A DNA stretch of 64,000 nucleotides from Octopus sinensis (lineage: Eukaryota): the NCBI RefSeq assembly GCF_006345805.1, contig NC_043003.1, positions 66,960,001 to 67,024,000 of the forward strand, in the 5' to 3' direction. Position numbers and translations under genes: made by a program. Positions within the stretch are counted from its first letter, which is position 1. Each line of letters begins with the position of its first letter. This document shows, piece after piece, positions 25,093-40,394 of the stretch. A model generated the notes under the pieces. It saw nothing but the letters and a program-made list of their open reading frames with translations. It was not told where the DNA came from and searched no databases.

Positions 25093-25093
25093 A

Positions 25094-25126
<33 letters not shown>

Positions 25127-25487
25127 GATGCCTGACACGCTTTAGTATTTCATTTGGATTGCTTATTTTTAGTCGATCGTATATACCTTCTTGATAGACC
25201 GTTCTATATATTTGTATTTTTATTTGCATATATATTTTTTACTGTCTATGTTTTTTTATATGTTTTCTTTTTATATGTTGAAGGTCATGGTAATATTTAA
25301 ATGTGATCAAATGTTTGGAGACGTGGAGTTATATAAAGTCGAATTTGATGGTTGTTCGTTAATCAATATTTTTTTCTTTATCTCTGTCTCAATTTCATTC
25401 GAGCACTTCTTTTTTGCAATATTATAAACCCTTTTGTTTCCTTAAAAAGTCGACAAAAATTTATATATATATATAGATAGATAGATT

Positions 25488-25529
<42 letters not shown>

Positions 25530-25612
25530 AAGATAGATATGTGTATGTGATTGTATGTTTGTATACATATATATATATACACACGTATATGTACACACAC
25601 CTATACATATGC

Positions 25613-25658
<46 letters not shown>

Positions 25659-26058
25659 TATTATATATATATATAATATATATATATATTATATAATAAT
25701 ATATATAGGTATGTATGTATATACACACATATAAAATTATTAGTTTATTATAAAAATTGCAAATAATCAAACGTGAAAATCAAACTAAATGGTAATTTCA
25801 TTGAGTGTAAATATATTTTGCAACTGAAGATGGCACTGTATTTATATCGATATAATGCTTGCATTGTTCGATTAAATAGAGCCGCCTAAAACGGTTGTAT
25901 TTTGCATCAATACCTGAAATCCTGTTACTTATTTGATTTATATATATAAATATATACAGCGTTTTTCCTGAAAAGATAGTAGCGTGGATTTCCACCTCGG
26001 CATCCGAAACTCGAAATTTTATCCTGGCTACCGAATAATTGTCACATATTACATTGAC

Positions 26059-26142
<84 letters not shown>

Positions 26143-26369
26143 GTGTGTGTATGTATGTATAATACAGTGTACATTAAAACACATTAGAGGCTTCCATCAT
26201 AGGAATCCATTACGCTAGAAAGAACAGTTACAGTCCAAGCCACTAATTAGGGATAAATTCTCGAAGGAAATAAAAATTAAAAACATTTACCATGGTTTCT
26301 GACTTATCTTAGCTTTGGTTTACTTCCCTTTTCATCCTCTTTGATTTCCCTATTGAAGTCTTATAGCTA

Positions 26370-26565
26370 CGTTGTTGGCATTATTGCTACTTAGCAGTAT
26401 TTCGTCTGTCTTTCCGTTCTGAGTTAAAATTCCGCCCAGATTGACTTTGCCTTTCATCCATTCGGGGTCGATAAATTAAGTACCAGTTGCGTACTGGGGT
26501 CGATCTAACCGACTGGCCCTCTCCCCAAAAGTTTCGGGCCTTGTTCCTAGAGTAGAAAAGATTAT
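26370..26565 (+). mobile_element. SINE family 2 copy (others at about 15830-16010, 22700-22850, 36440-36655, 43880-44100, 49190-49375, 49620-49835, 50580-50750)
   Basis: GTTCTGAGTTAAAATTCCGCC..TTGACTTTGCCTTTCATCCATTCGGGGTCGATAAATTAAGTACCAG. Confidence 0.85.
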
Positions 26566-26569
26566 TGCT

Positions 26570-26781
26570 GTTACTGTCTTCTTCTTCTTCTTCTTCTTCT
26601 TCTTCTTCTTCTTCTTCTTCTTCTTCTTCTTCTTCTTCTTCTCCTTCTCTTCCCCCTCTTCCTTCTTCTTCTTCTTCTTTCTTCTTCTCTCGTTCTTTTC
26701 CTCCTTTTTCTTCTTCTTCTTCTTCTTCTTCTTTTCCTCTTCTCCTCCTCCTTCTTCTTCTTCTTCTTCTTCTTCTTCCTC

Positions 26782-26821
<40 letters not shown>

Positions 26822-27415
26822 GATTATGATTATTATTATTATTGTTATTGTTATTCGTTTTTCTCCTTTCTCTACCCCTTCTTCTTACCCTCCCTTTTCC
26901 CCCACCGCTTCTCCATCTTCTCTCCCGTCCTTCCCTTACTTTCCCTTCTTATTGATGGCTTTCAATATTTATAGTTTCATAGTCTTATTTTTTTTCTTCT
27001 ACATTTATAAACATCTTTTCCTCCATTTTTAACTAAAATTTATTTTCACGACATATTTTAATTTTATGCTCACATCTTGTCGTTTTTTTTTTATACATTT
27101 ATATATTTATGTCACTTTGTCTCAAATTCATTTGTTTAATTTATATAACATTTTTATATATTTCAGGTTTAAAAAACCTTTTTATCATATTCTAAATTTT
27201 CTTTTTTTCCCCTTCTTTTATCTCTTTCCCCATTCTGCTTTCTTTCTTCTTCTTTTTTTCTTTACCACTTTAAAGCATCATATTTGCTTATTTATGCTTA
27301 GATCTCTGTCTTCTTCTGCCACCTTCTACAATAACATCTGTCAGTAGCTGATGTTTAAAACAAAACCGTTTGGAAGTAACATCACAATAAAGAATATCAA
27401 CAACAACAACAGCAA

Positions 27416-27447
<32 letters not shown>

Positions 27448-27513
27448 GCAACAACAACAAAAACAGCAACAACAATAATAATAGTATACGAGGAAAATAA
27501 GTTTTATAATAAA

Positions 27514-27583
<70 letters not shown>

Positions 27584-27851
27584 TAACAATAATAATGATA
27601 CACGAGGAAAATAAAACATATATAATAATATTAATAATTATTGGAATAATACTAAAGATAATATTAATAATGATAATAATAAACATAGGCGTTATAATGA
27701 TATTAAAATTGATAATAGTGATGTAAAATCAGAGAAAAAGAATATTAATATTAATAATAAAATAAATTATAAACATAATAATGATAATGATATTAATAAA
27801 AATAACAGTAATTCCATGATGATGATGATGATGATGTTGATGATTATGATG

Positions 27852-27912
<61 letters not shown>

Positions 27913-28030
27913 TGATGATGATGGTGGTAGTGGTGGTGATGATGGTGGTGGTGGTGGTGATGATGATGGTGGTGGTGGTGGTGGTGGTGGTGATGATGAT
28001 GATGATGATGATGGTGATAACAATAACAAT
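26570..28030. repeat. Large compound trinucleotide block: (TTC)n, (TAT)n, (CAA)n, (TAA)n, (GAT)n, (GGT)n
   Basis: Direct reading; similar blocks at 36230-36420, 47260-47830, 52110-52240, 62410-62600. Confidence 0.95.
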
Positions 28031-28403
28031 ACATGCTGTTTGCTGCTAATTTTGTTTTCAAGGAAGGAACACATTCATAAGTACAAGAAAAAAAAAGGAC
28101 AAAAACAATAGATTGATGTATTTTCTTAAACCTCCTTTATTTTTGTTATCCTCTATCCACTTTTCCTATTGTCAGAAAGATTTGTTTTCTTTTTATTTCG
28201 AATATCCCCCCCACCCCAACACCCACTTGGGAACATCAACACCAATTTATAGCAAGGAAAGAATCACTTTTTCTTTTATGGATTTATTTTATTTTCATTT
28301 TTCCTTTCTATCAATCTCCTCCATGATCCCACACTTTTAGCTCAAGTTTTCTTTTTTGCATCAATTTAAATTCAGTTATTCACGGAAATTTTATTCTTTG
28401 ACA

Positions 28404-28469
<66 letters not shown>

Positions 28470-28576
28470 TTATCAATTTATCTATCTATTTATTTATCTA
28501 TCTATCTAGTTATCTATCTAGATATCTATTTATTTATCTATCTCTCTACCTATCTATTTATCTCACCCCTCCATCC

Positions 28577-28657
<81 letters not shown>

Positions 28658-28843
28658 ACTAACTAACTAACTAATGATCTAACCATATAACTATATATGC
28701 AATAAATAAATATGCTTGCATGTATATGTATATGTGTGTGTGTGTTTGTATACATGCAAATATATGCATAACTAACAAATATAGAAGAGTATATATACAG
28801 ACATGTACATATGCGTATATATATATACATATATACATATATA

Positions 28844-29030
28844 TCTCTATTTATAAAACTGAAATGCGAAAAGTTTGTTTGTTTGACTCGACCGCTTGGA
28901 TCGCTTTCAAGGCCACTACATCCCGTCGGATTGACTCCAAAATTTACAGGGACATGTAAAATGAGGTGACGATGCCCGTGGGCTACGCTAGAAATCTCTA
29001 TCTTAAAAGGTGTCGTTGCTAGGGCCAAAA
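28844..29030 (+). mobile_element. Helitron-like 5' fragment
   Basis: Starts TCTCTATTTATAAAA within (TA)n, followed by GTTTGTTTG and CCGTCGGATTGACTCCAAAATTT, typical of non-autonomous Helitron left ends; 3' end uncertain. Confidence 0.5.
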
Positions 29031-29644
29031 ACCCACTTTGACAAGTCCACTCTCAGTCTTTTATGTATCTGTCTTCCTCCCTCACTCACTCTATTTCCTC
29101 CCTTCCCATCACTTTCTATATATAACGTCGATTCGTCAAACGGCGTTCTACAGCGCTTTCACACATTCTCTCTCTCTCTCTACACGTCTGTCTGCATTCA
29201 TACAGACAATTATCATCGCCACAACCACCACACAATCATGAGAACAAATATTATGAATCGGTATTTATTGGGTTCATTTATATATGTGTGTGTGTGTGTG
29301 TGTGTATGTTTTCTATATATAAATATGTGATACCGTCTACTATCGTTCTTTCGCCAGCGATGTCACTCTCTCTCTCTATCTACGTCTGTCTCCATTCATA
29401 TACAAAGTGTATATATCTGTATTTATGTATATTAAACTTTTTAATACTTTTTGATAGTTATATATATATATATTTAAATTATAAATATAAATTAATAATT
29501 TTTATTTTAAATTTAAATAATTTAAATTTTTCAAGTTTATATTTTTATATTTTGTATATTATGTTTTTATGTTTTTGTTTTTTTGTTTTTCTCTGTTTGA
29601 TTTGCCTATTAGTGGTTTTATTTCTTTATTTCTAATTTATAATT

Positions 29645-29678
<34 letters not shown>

Positions 29679-29724
29679 ATTATATAATTTGTATACATTT
29701 GTATATATAATGCGTGCTCACACT

Positions 29725-29756
<32 letters not shown>

Positions 29757-30529
29757 ATGTTTGCATTATGTGGTTGTTTGAGCTGACAATATGCACACCT
29801 ATGTTAAAAGTGCTGGCAAGTTTGCATGACAACTATTTTTTTCCTCAAATGAAAGGCGTGACCTCTAGGACAAAATTCCTCATCTTATAAAAGGTGACCC
29901 CAGTAGACCCGAATGAAATCGGGTTATATTAACCAAAAATGTGAAAAGGGGTCTAAATGGGGCTGGAAGGGGATTAAAATTTAAAGGAACGGGTGTTTAG
30001 GAATTCTCTGTTACATCAAACTAAAACATTTGCGCCAGCCTTTTAATCGTCAATGTGTTGCCGTCCATGATGATGAAGTTTTGAAAGCTTGCCATGGTGA
30101 GTCTACTGTCGTGAGAAAGAATCACTTCAAAACTTGGTGTTTAGGAATTTTCTTTTACATCAAGTTCAAAATTTTACGCCAGCCGTTAAACTGTCAATAC
30201 TATCCTCAGATTCTATCCCTCCAAACTTTGGTTTCCAATATTTTATTATTTTATTCAGCTCGCAAGTTCGTCTGTCCCTTTTAAATGTTAGTGTTTTGCT
30301 ATCTCCCTTGAAGCAGACCTTTCCGTTGCCACTGCCTGATATTTATGATTGATCTTTCTAAATATTTTATTTCTCAACTTACTCAAGATCTTTTGTTGTT
30401 TATAAATGGGAGAGAGATAGATAAAGATAGAGAGTAAGAGAAAGCGAGGGAAAGTCCGAGCGAAAAGAAAAGTAAGAGAGTGGGAAAGTGAGAGAGAAAG
30501 GAGAGAGAAACAAAGAGGGAGAATCATCT

Positions 30530-30850
30530 TCATCATCATCATCATCATCATCATCGTTTAACGTCCGTTTTCCGTGCTAGCACGGGTTGGACAGTTTGAC
30601 CGGTGTCTAGGAAGCCAGGAGGCTGCACCAGGCTCCAGTCTGATCTGGCAATGTTTCTACAGGTGGATGCCCTTCCTAACGCCAGCCACTCTGTGAGTGT
30701 AGTGGGTGCTTTTTTCGTGCCGCTGGCACAGGTGCCAGGGGATCTGGAAGCGGCCACGATCGGTTGGTGCTTTTTACGTGCCACCGGTACAGAAGCCAGT
30801 CAAGGCGGCGCTGCATTTGGCCACGTTCGGATGGTGCTTTTTACGTGCTG
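30530..30850 (-). mobile_element. RTE-type retroposon 3' end with (GAT)n tail
   Basis: (CAT)n tail followed by CGTTTAACGTCCG...GGATGCCCTTCCTAACGCCA, an RTE-like 3' UTR motif; internal GGTGCTTTTTACGTGCC repeats. Confidence 0.7.
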
Positions 30851-31015
30851 AAATGAAGCAACAGAAAGTAACAACCACACTCTTACCCGCGCGTAGAGCG
30901 GGTCACCTTAAGCTAGTATATATATATATATATATATATATATACAAAAATACATGCATTACTATATATATATACATATATATATATATACATATATATA
31001 TATACATATCTATCC

Positions 31016-31054
<39 letters not shown>

Positions 31055-31136
31055 ATCTATCTATAATCTATCTATCTATCTATCTATCCATCTATCTAAA
31101 TACACACACCACAGACACATATATATATAATATGTA

Positions 31137-31169
<33 letters not shown>

Positions 31170-31173
31170 AAGG

Positions 31174-31205
<32 letters not shown>

Positions 31206-31564
31206 TATGAATATGCATTGGTGCGAGCAAAGTGGCACTGCAGCTGGGACAAGCAGATATAGCTTTTAAAATGCTTATATAGCGAAGTTACTAGCCAGGC
31301 TGCATATGCATTATTTTGCGCTAAGATTTAATCTTGTCATAAACAGCATGCTGTTCCACATATATATGTGTGTGCGTGTGTGTGTGTGTATGTCTGTGTG
31401 TGTGTATAATAAATGTGGCTCATTCACAATTTACAGTCGAAAGGCTGAAGTATTGACTCACTAAAGGGACTAGGCGTGCTAGTTAGCATCAGTCTTCCTA
31501 GAAATAAAAGTCAAATCAACTCATAGCCACAAGAAAGCATTTATCTCCCTCTCTTTCTCTCCCT

Positions 31565-31619
<55 letters not shown>

Positions 31620-32399
31620 GTATATATATATATTATGTATATATGTGTATATACATACATATATATAGCTGTATATATATATTATATATATATATATATA
31701 TTATATATATATATATATATATTGTGTGTGTGTGTGTGTGTGTGTGTTGTGTGTATGTATGTATAAATACAAATAAGAAAATGCGGAGGGGAAACAAGTT
31801 TATTGGTTCATCAGCTTTAGGATATTAGAATGTTGACTTATTTATTTATTTAACAAAACGAGAACCTTTATAGCATACATATATAAGCCCGTCATATATA
31901 TGTATATGTATATATATGTGTGTATATGTATATATATATGTGTGTATATGTTTGTGTATCTGTGTTTGTCCCCCCACCATTGCTTGACAACCGATGCTGG
32001 TGTGTTTACGTCCCCGTAATCTAGCGGTTCGGCAGAAAGAGACCGATAGAATAAGTACTAGGCTTAGAAAGAATAAGTCCTGGTGTCGATCTGCTCGAAT
32101 AAAGGCGTTGCTCCAGCATGGCCGCAGTCAAATGACTGAGACAAGTAAAAGAGTAAAAGAGTAAATAGCTTTAAATATACAACGTCTGGAAATATATGGA
32201 ACGCCTGTGGTTTTAATGCTTTTTATCACATGAAAAGTCTATGATGCAGTTTAGCTAGTCATCCAGGTGTGATCTCAAGTTAAATACCAATGACAACGAT
32301 AATGATAATATCCAAGAAGACCAAACCGGTAACTGATCTCTGCTGGAAGCTATTTCATTAAGAACTATGACGCAACGCTCTTCTCTAGCTCAACAATTG

Positions 32400-32810
32400 A
32401 ACTTTCAGAATTTTTCTCTGAATTAAACCAAAATAAATCCTGTCTCCGAAGAGTCATTTTAATTCTGTTGCACAAGTGAAGCGTTTCAAAATGAAATTAA
32501 TGGAATAAAACAAAATCTAGTCAATAATGAAGTAATACAAATAATTTAGTAGAGCGAACTATAGAACAATACAACAACAAATTCTGTGTCATAAATAGAA
32601 CAAACGCAGTCAAATACCAGATAAAAACAACCGGACCTTATATAGAAGTAGTGAACCAAATGTACCCTGGTGATATAATCACGTTATTAAGAATCACATC
32701 GGATGAAAGCACTGCGGTTATTATTATAACCAATGATGAAATCGTATTAATAATATATTATAAAACGCAACAATCCAAGAAATAAATTGTCAATAACAAG
32801 CCACAAGTCT
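32400..32810 (+). pseudogene. Possible highly degraded Penelope-like RT/linker remnant
   Basis: Fragments AFQNEINGIKQNLVNN and DE...LIIYYKTQQSKK*IVNNKP resemble PLE thumb (FxxEIxxIKxxLxNNGY) and linker (LIIYYKxxKxxxLIxxN) motifs as recalled; many stops. Confidence 0.4.
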
Positions 32811-33289
32811 GCAGAGAGCTGAATCAACATTAGATGATTAATGTAATTATACAAATTTATATGTGAACGAACTTTGTGACACTAACTGTGACTTTAGTTG
32901 TAGAATTTCTACAATTTCCACGCCATGGAAATGCACTTATATTTTGCATAATGCAAATTATAAGTGCATTAATGACAAACGTTAGTTGAGGACCTATTAC
33001 AAGCCTTAAATATCTCTGTCACGGGATTTCGGCCATGATTGAGCGCCATCTTGGAGAATTCCGAGTATTAATTCTTAATCTCGTACTTTTACTCTCGATC
33101 GGTGACTTTTACCTCTGCGTTTATTCCACAGGGACGTAAACAAACCAATATCAGTTGTACAGTATTGGGGAAGACACAGGCAGAGACACACACATATACA
33201 TGCATATGCATAATTAAATACACACATGCACATACACACACAAACACACACACACACTCACACACACATATATATATATATATATACAT

Positions 33290-33692
33290 ATATGTGTGTG
33301 TGGCTGTGTGGTAAGTAGCTTACTTATCAAACACATGGTTCCGGGTTCATTCCCACTGCGTGGCACCTTGGGTAAGTGTCTTCTACTATAGCCACGGGCC
33401 GACCAAAGACTTGTGAGTGGATTTGGCAGACGGAAACTGAAAGAAACCTGTCATATATATTTATTTATATATGCATGTGTGTGTATATGTTTGTGTGCTT
33501 GTGGTAGTCCCCCAACAACGCTTGACAGCCGATGGTGGTGTGTTTACCTCCCCGTAACTTAGCGGTTCGTCAAAAGTGACCGATAGAATAAGTACTAGGC
33601 TCACAAAGAGTAAGTCCTGGGGTCGATTTGCTCGACTAAAGGCGGTGCTCCAGCATAGGCGCAGTCAAATGATTGAAACAAAAAGTAAAAGA
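33290..33692 (+). mobile_element. SINE family 1, well-preserved copy (others 31900-32165, 40940-41350 minus, 55985-56360, 58080-58290, 59905-60330)
   Basis: GGCTGTGTGGTAAGTAGC...GGTTCCGGGTTCATTCCCACTGCGTGGCACCTTGGGTAAGTGTCTTCTACTATAGCC. Confidence 0.9.
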
Positions 33693-33693
33693 G

Positions 33694-33729
<36 letters not shown>

Positions 33730-35058
33730 CATATATATATATATGTATGCATGTATGTATGTATATATGTATGTATGTATGTATCTATGTATATACACAC
33801 GACGGATTTCTCACAGTTTCTGACGACTATATCCATGCTTAAAGCCTTAGTTGGCCCAACGTTAATGTAGAAGACATATTACGAAAGGACCACGTAGTGG
33901 GACTGAACCTAAATCTTCTTAACCGCATAACCATGCCTATACCTAAAAATACAAAATTCTAAAATGTGCACTTAAAAATTAGGGCCCCTAATTTAAGAAG
34001 GGAATAGGAAATACCCCAAAATTTCAAATACATTTCGTGTAAGCAGGTTTCAAGGGGCGGATTGAACCAGTAAGGAAGTTGCAATGCGGTAGACCGCTGA
34101 ACTAGAAATAACAGCCAAATCTCACGCAAAATGATTGCTTTAAGAGAGAGGAACCGCTGGATAAGATAGTTCTAGATACATTCTCTGATTAAATAAATGA
34201 CTAGAAGACATTTGATCATAGATCTGTCCGACGTGGGGGAAAATACTTGAAAATAAACATCGACAAAAACACCTGCTAACGATAGAAACCAGATACCGTA
34301 CCAAAATTAAAGTCTGGTTGTCGAAAGAAAATGGACGCCAGCAACTCTGAAAACTATTTCCAGTTAAATAATAATGGACGTGAACAAAGCAACATTATTC
34401 CCACGATATCTTCTATATTATGACTGAAATAACTTTCACTACTAAAATTAGATTCTTGCAGAAAATGAATTCTGAAAGTTTTTGAAATGTTGATAGACCT
34501 CGGGAATTAATTGTTTCAAAGAAAATGTGAAGGCTTAATGGGGAAATAGGAAAGATGTTTAATAAACAAAGGGAATTAAAATATAGTATATAAGCGTATT
34601 TATTTACATATATATGTATATTTATAGAGAAAGACTATTTTTAATATACATATAAACATACACACTACATATCTACACATTTCGTTCATACATACATATA
34701 TATAGAGAGAGTTAATCCAAACATGAAAACACAACGAGAAAACACAACATATATATATAATATATAATATATATATATATATATAATATATATATATATA
34801 TAGGATTAAAAATGACTCTCGGCAGTGAATTGTTTTCATCCAAGATATATTTCAAGACATGTGTAGAAGAGTCAACTTTTGTTTTGAAAATGAAGGACGA
34901 CACTTTCAAAACCTCTTATAAATTTTTTTTAAAGTCTTGTAAAGTCTGATATAGTCTTTTGCAGCGTCTTTTACCATCTTATAAATACGTATTGTGCAAT
35001 AAGACACTTACTGCGGAGTGTCTTTTTGAACACCTGTGTAAGTCTATATATTATATAT

Positions 35059-35095
<37 letters not shown>

Positions 35096-35099
35096 ATAT

Positions 35100-35130
<31 letters not shown>

Positions 35131-35389
35131 CTAGCATTAAAGACCCGTCGTTGCCGGGTCATAGTGCTAGTGCATGTATATATGTGTATATATATGTGTA
35201 CATATTACATGTATATCTATATATATACATCTACACATAAAATGCAAAATACAAAGTTATATCTTGATATCGCTTGGACCCTAAGTAAGGCATGTGTAAA
35301 ATTTGAATGAAATTGGTTGTGTAGTTCTCAAGTTTTAGGGAAACACACAGACAGACACACACACATTCCCAGTTTTATATATATAAAGA
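35131..35389 (-). mobile_element. 259-bp non-autonomous Helitron
   Basis: Minus strand starts TCTTTATATATATAAAA (35389) and ends CTAG (35131) with a GACCCG/CGGGTC hairpin (35142-35160) 7 nt before CTAG; sits between A and T in (AT)n with no TSD. Confidence 0.8.
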
Positions 35390-35507
35390 TATATATGTGT
35401 GTGTGTGTGTATATATGTATATGTATGTATGTACGTATGTAGGTATGTATGTATATATGTGTATATATATATGTATGTGTGTGTGAATGTATGTATAAAA
35501 CATATAT

Positions 35508-35539
<32 letters not shown>

Positions 35540-36227
35540 CATATATATATATGTGTACATATATTTATATATACATATGTGTACATATATATGTATGTGT
35601 GTATTGATATAGATTGATAGATAGATAGATAGACAGATAGATAGATAGATAGATAGATAGATAGTACCTGACTTTTCAAGCTTGTCTTTAGCTATGCTGT
35701 AAGTCTTTTAGTAATTCCATTTTAGTTTCCTAGAATTCTTTGAAGACTCGTCATGGAAAAGTTGCATTAATATTTATAAGTATTTATACGTGATGAGGAG
35801 AAAAGTGTGAGATTCCGGCCTTCTCCTGAACGCTCCTTATAATGAGGCGGAGAAGATTTCCGTCACCAATTTGTAACAAACTATTAGTTACGGTTGAATC
35901 AACATTCACCATAATGTACTTTGATTTTGTTCTTATATAACCCCTGGAATACTTTGAAATTCGGGCTCCAGATTTGAAATCAGAATCTTCCAGCCAGTCA
36001 TGTAATATATTATAAAGTTTTGCTTTCTTATGTTTTATATATATATATTAGTGTCTAGCTATGATCGGTGGTATGTTGAAGCTTGAGCGGACGATCGGTG
36101 GCTTATAAGTTGGAAACATAGAGTTTAGTAGATATAAGACGATATCGAATGGTAGCACTGTAACCATGATGAATGCTCGAAGACGAAGATGGTGAAAAAG
36201 AAAATACGATGGAGGACGAGGACGAGA

Positions 36228-36344
<117 letters not shown>

Positions 36345-37209
36345 TAATAATAATAATAATAAGAAGAAGAAGAAGAAAGAAGGAAGAAGAAGAAGAAGAA
36401 GAAGAAGAAGAAGAAGAATATACACAAACACACACACACGTGTATTTATTGATCCAAAATTATGACACAAGGCCAGCGATTTTGGGACAGCGGATAAGTC
36501 GATTACATCGACTCCAGTGTTCAATTGGCACTCATTCTATTGATCCCGAAAGGGTGAAAGGCAAAGCCGACCTTGGTGGAATTTCAATTCTGAACATACA
36601 GACGTACGAAACTACGCTAAGCATTTTGTCCGGCGTGCAAACGATTCTGCCAACTCGAATGATTTATAATTTCTGTACATATATTTTTTCCTCATACAAT
36701 ATTCACATACCCACATGTGCACACACACCCACACACAGACACACACCACACCACACACACACACACAAACAAACACACACTTATACATACACGCACATAT
36801 ACATACATTATGTCAAGTCACACTTAAGTGTCACTGTGGTAATATATAACCCAGTACACGTGTTGCATCGCTGAGGAAACCGGCTCCACCACCAAGCCTG
36901 CTTGGGTTTTAGACACCATGAAGATGTCTGGATGTTAGACACCATGAAGGATGAAAAAGCCAGGGGACTCAACAACAATCCAAATATATTTGATCGAGTA
37001 CTTAGAAATTTCTGGTTTGGTACCCAGGTGAGTATTGAACCAACCAGATTACGTTGGACTGTGTCGATGCAACTAACCCTGGAGAACTGTTATAGGAAAA
37101 CTTGAGGTATGTTTTTCTTTGAGTTTGTAGTAAAGATTTGCAACGTGAAAATCCGTTATATATACATATGTGTGTGCCTGTGTGTATATACATACATACA
37201 TACATGAAT

Positions 37210-38155
<946 letters not shown>

Positions 38156-38223
38156 GCGTATATATATATATATATATAGCAACCTTAAATCTCTGAGTGA
38201 GAAGTAAACAGTAACAGCACGGA

Positions 38224-38550
38224 ATCGTGAAGTATATTTGCCACCTAAATGTAGCAGTCTCATAGGAGACGATGTCGCTGTTGTTTATAGCCCAAGGAGG
38301 ACACCTCCTCCTGCTGGGTGACGACACACTGTCTCATTAGTACTTGCGGAGAGAAATCATCGTTCTCATCTCTAGCCTTACGTCATGAACACAGACCCGG
38401 TTTTTGGGTAGTGACCCGTCATCAGGACTAATCAGACACAGACAGTGTGTCGTTTGCCAACCGGAGGAGGTGTCTTCCTGGGGCTATAAACAACAGTAGC
38501 ATCGTCCCACACGGGACCGCCATATTTAGGTAGCGAATATACTTCACGAT
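38224..38550. mobile_element. 327-bp foldback/MITE with about 110-bp inverted arms
   Basis: ATCGTGAAGTATATTTGCCACCTAAAT...GACGACACACTGTC pairs with GACAGTGTGTCGTTTG...ATTTAGGTAGCGAATATACTTCACGAT. Confidence 0.88.
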
Positions 38551-39186
38551 GTATGTATCTACATATATTTTTATATACGGACAGGTCAGTTTTAGCTTCA
38601 CCACTATTATAATGTAAATCTTTTTGAACTCATAATATTCTGTACGTGTATACTGAACTTTTTTAATAATTCCTCCTGGAAATTATCTTGAGATGTATAA
38701 TATATTTGTTGTAATCTTTTGTGCCCATTATTTCAATGAGCTTGTTAAACTTTTTTATATTCTCAACATACTTTTGTCACCAAAGAATGTATATTTATAT
38801 GGATTATAGTGCTCTGTGTTAACCAATATTCTGTGCATGTTTGAATATACAGATACAATACCAATATCAATTCCTTCTGGAAACTATCTTAAGCATGTCC
38901 TTGAGAACGATTATTTATGTAGTAATATTTTGTGCCCAATATTTTAAGGAACTTGCTGAACTTTTTTTTGTCCTTAACATGTCCATATTACCAAAGACTG
39001 TATATATGTAATGTAACAATTTGCAGCAACCAATAATTAACGCAACCAAGCTTCTACATGTTACTTTCGACAATCTTTTTCCAAAGAGTGAAACCGGTAA
39101 AGTAAATAAACATCTTTTAAATTGCATTTTCAAACCTTCTTTCGTATATATATATAATATATATATATAATATATATATATAATAT

Positions 39187-39232
<46 letters not shown>

Positions 39233-40322
39233 TATATACATGTGTGTGTGTCGCAAAAAGTGGTAAACCTCCGTAGAGAAAAAATATTAAGCCTTATTAT
39301 ATATTTCAACCAAGTTTCCTAGATACTTCCTTATCACTCCTGCTATCAGAACTTTAGTGAACCAATGATTGTATGAGTTTCAAGTTAGATATATATAACA
39401 GACGATGCCATTTATCACAAAATGTTTGATGTGAAAAAAGAAGAAAGTGAAAACAAAAAAATACAATAATAATAAAAAAGAAAGGCAAAAATTTAGTATA
39501 TCGACCAAGTGGATTCTTCGCAATTTTCAGAAATGATTAACATGTCGATGATCGATGGCTCAGTACGAAATCATATTTTCCGTACAGTTTACATTTACTC
39601 TGTATTAGGAATATTTACATGTTTTCATGGCATTACTGATCTTAATACAAAATGACACACGTCCTGTCGGCTGAAGTGATTTCCGAGAAACCATATATTG
39701 TTTTGTTTAACCTTTCAAGCCAAAAGGAAATAGAAGATAAAGGGGAAAAAAATAACATTATTGGATGGTGGTTATTTCTGCCATATTTTTGTGTAATATG
39801 TTAATTTATTTTTTCAAAAAATGGAGTTTTGTTATTTTTCTTTATAGTTTTAAACAGATAATAACTGTCACGTTTATGCTGGCCAACAACGGACTCCGGA
39901 AAACGATGCTTAAGCATACAATTCATAACGAATAATATTGTGATTACGCAAAGGATGTTGCTGCTGCTGCTACTGCTGATAAATTATGGTGAGCTAATCT
40001 TATAATGTGATGGTGACACTAACAAAGCCAATTTTGAGGGAGTTGATGTAATATTCATGGTGAAGATTTCTAACTAGATCTATGGCTCGGCAGACTCCGG
40101 ATCATGAGCATTATTGTATTTTTCCGGCTACTTACCATATGAGATAAAATTCCGATGACCTCAACATTATTTTTCAACCTCATTGAGTCAATGAACTTAA
40201 GTATCCCTCAAATGTTGGTATCTTGTACCTATATAAAAATAATATATCAATATCATATTTATGTGCAAAGGCAGGCAATCTCTGATTGTCTGTTTGTCTA
40301 ACTGTCTCTCCCTTTTTCACTC

Positions 40323-40370
<48 letters not shown>

Positions 40371-40394
40371 ACAACTAGACACATATACATATAT

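Noticed and set aside
25820-25900. CAA CTGAAGA T GGC...GCC TAAAACGG TTG as a hammerhead
   Set aside because: The right core and cleavage triplet need several changes; too degenerate to support.
26565-27032. 155-aa Ser/Leu/Ile-rich ORF resembling a membrane protein
   Set aside because: It is the (TTC)n and (TAT)n microsatellite block.
36860-37035. Exon ending at a strong CAG|GTGAGT donor (37028)
   Set aside because: No good acceptor or pyrimidine tract, an internal duplication of TTAGACACCATGAAG, and an unrecognisable peptide.
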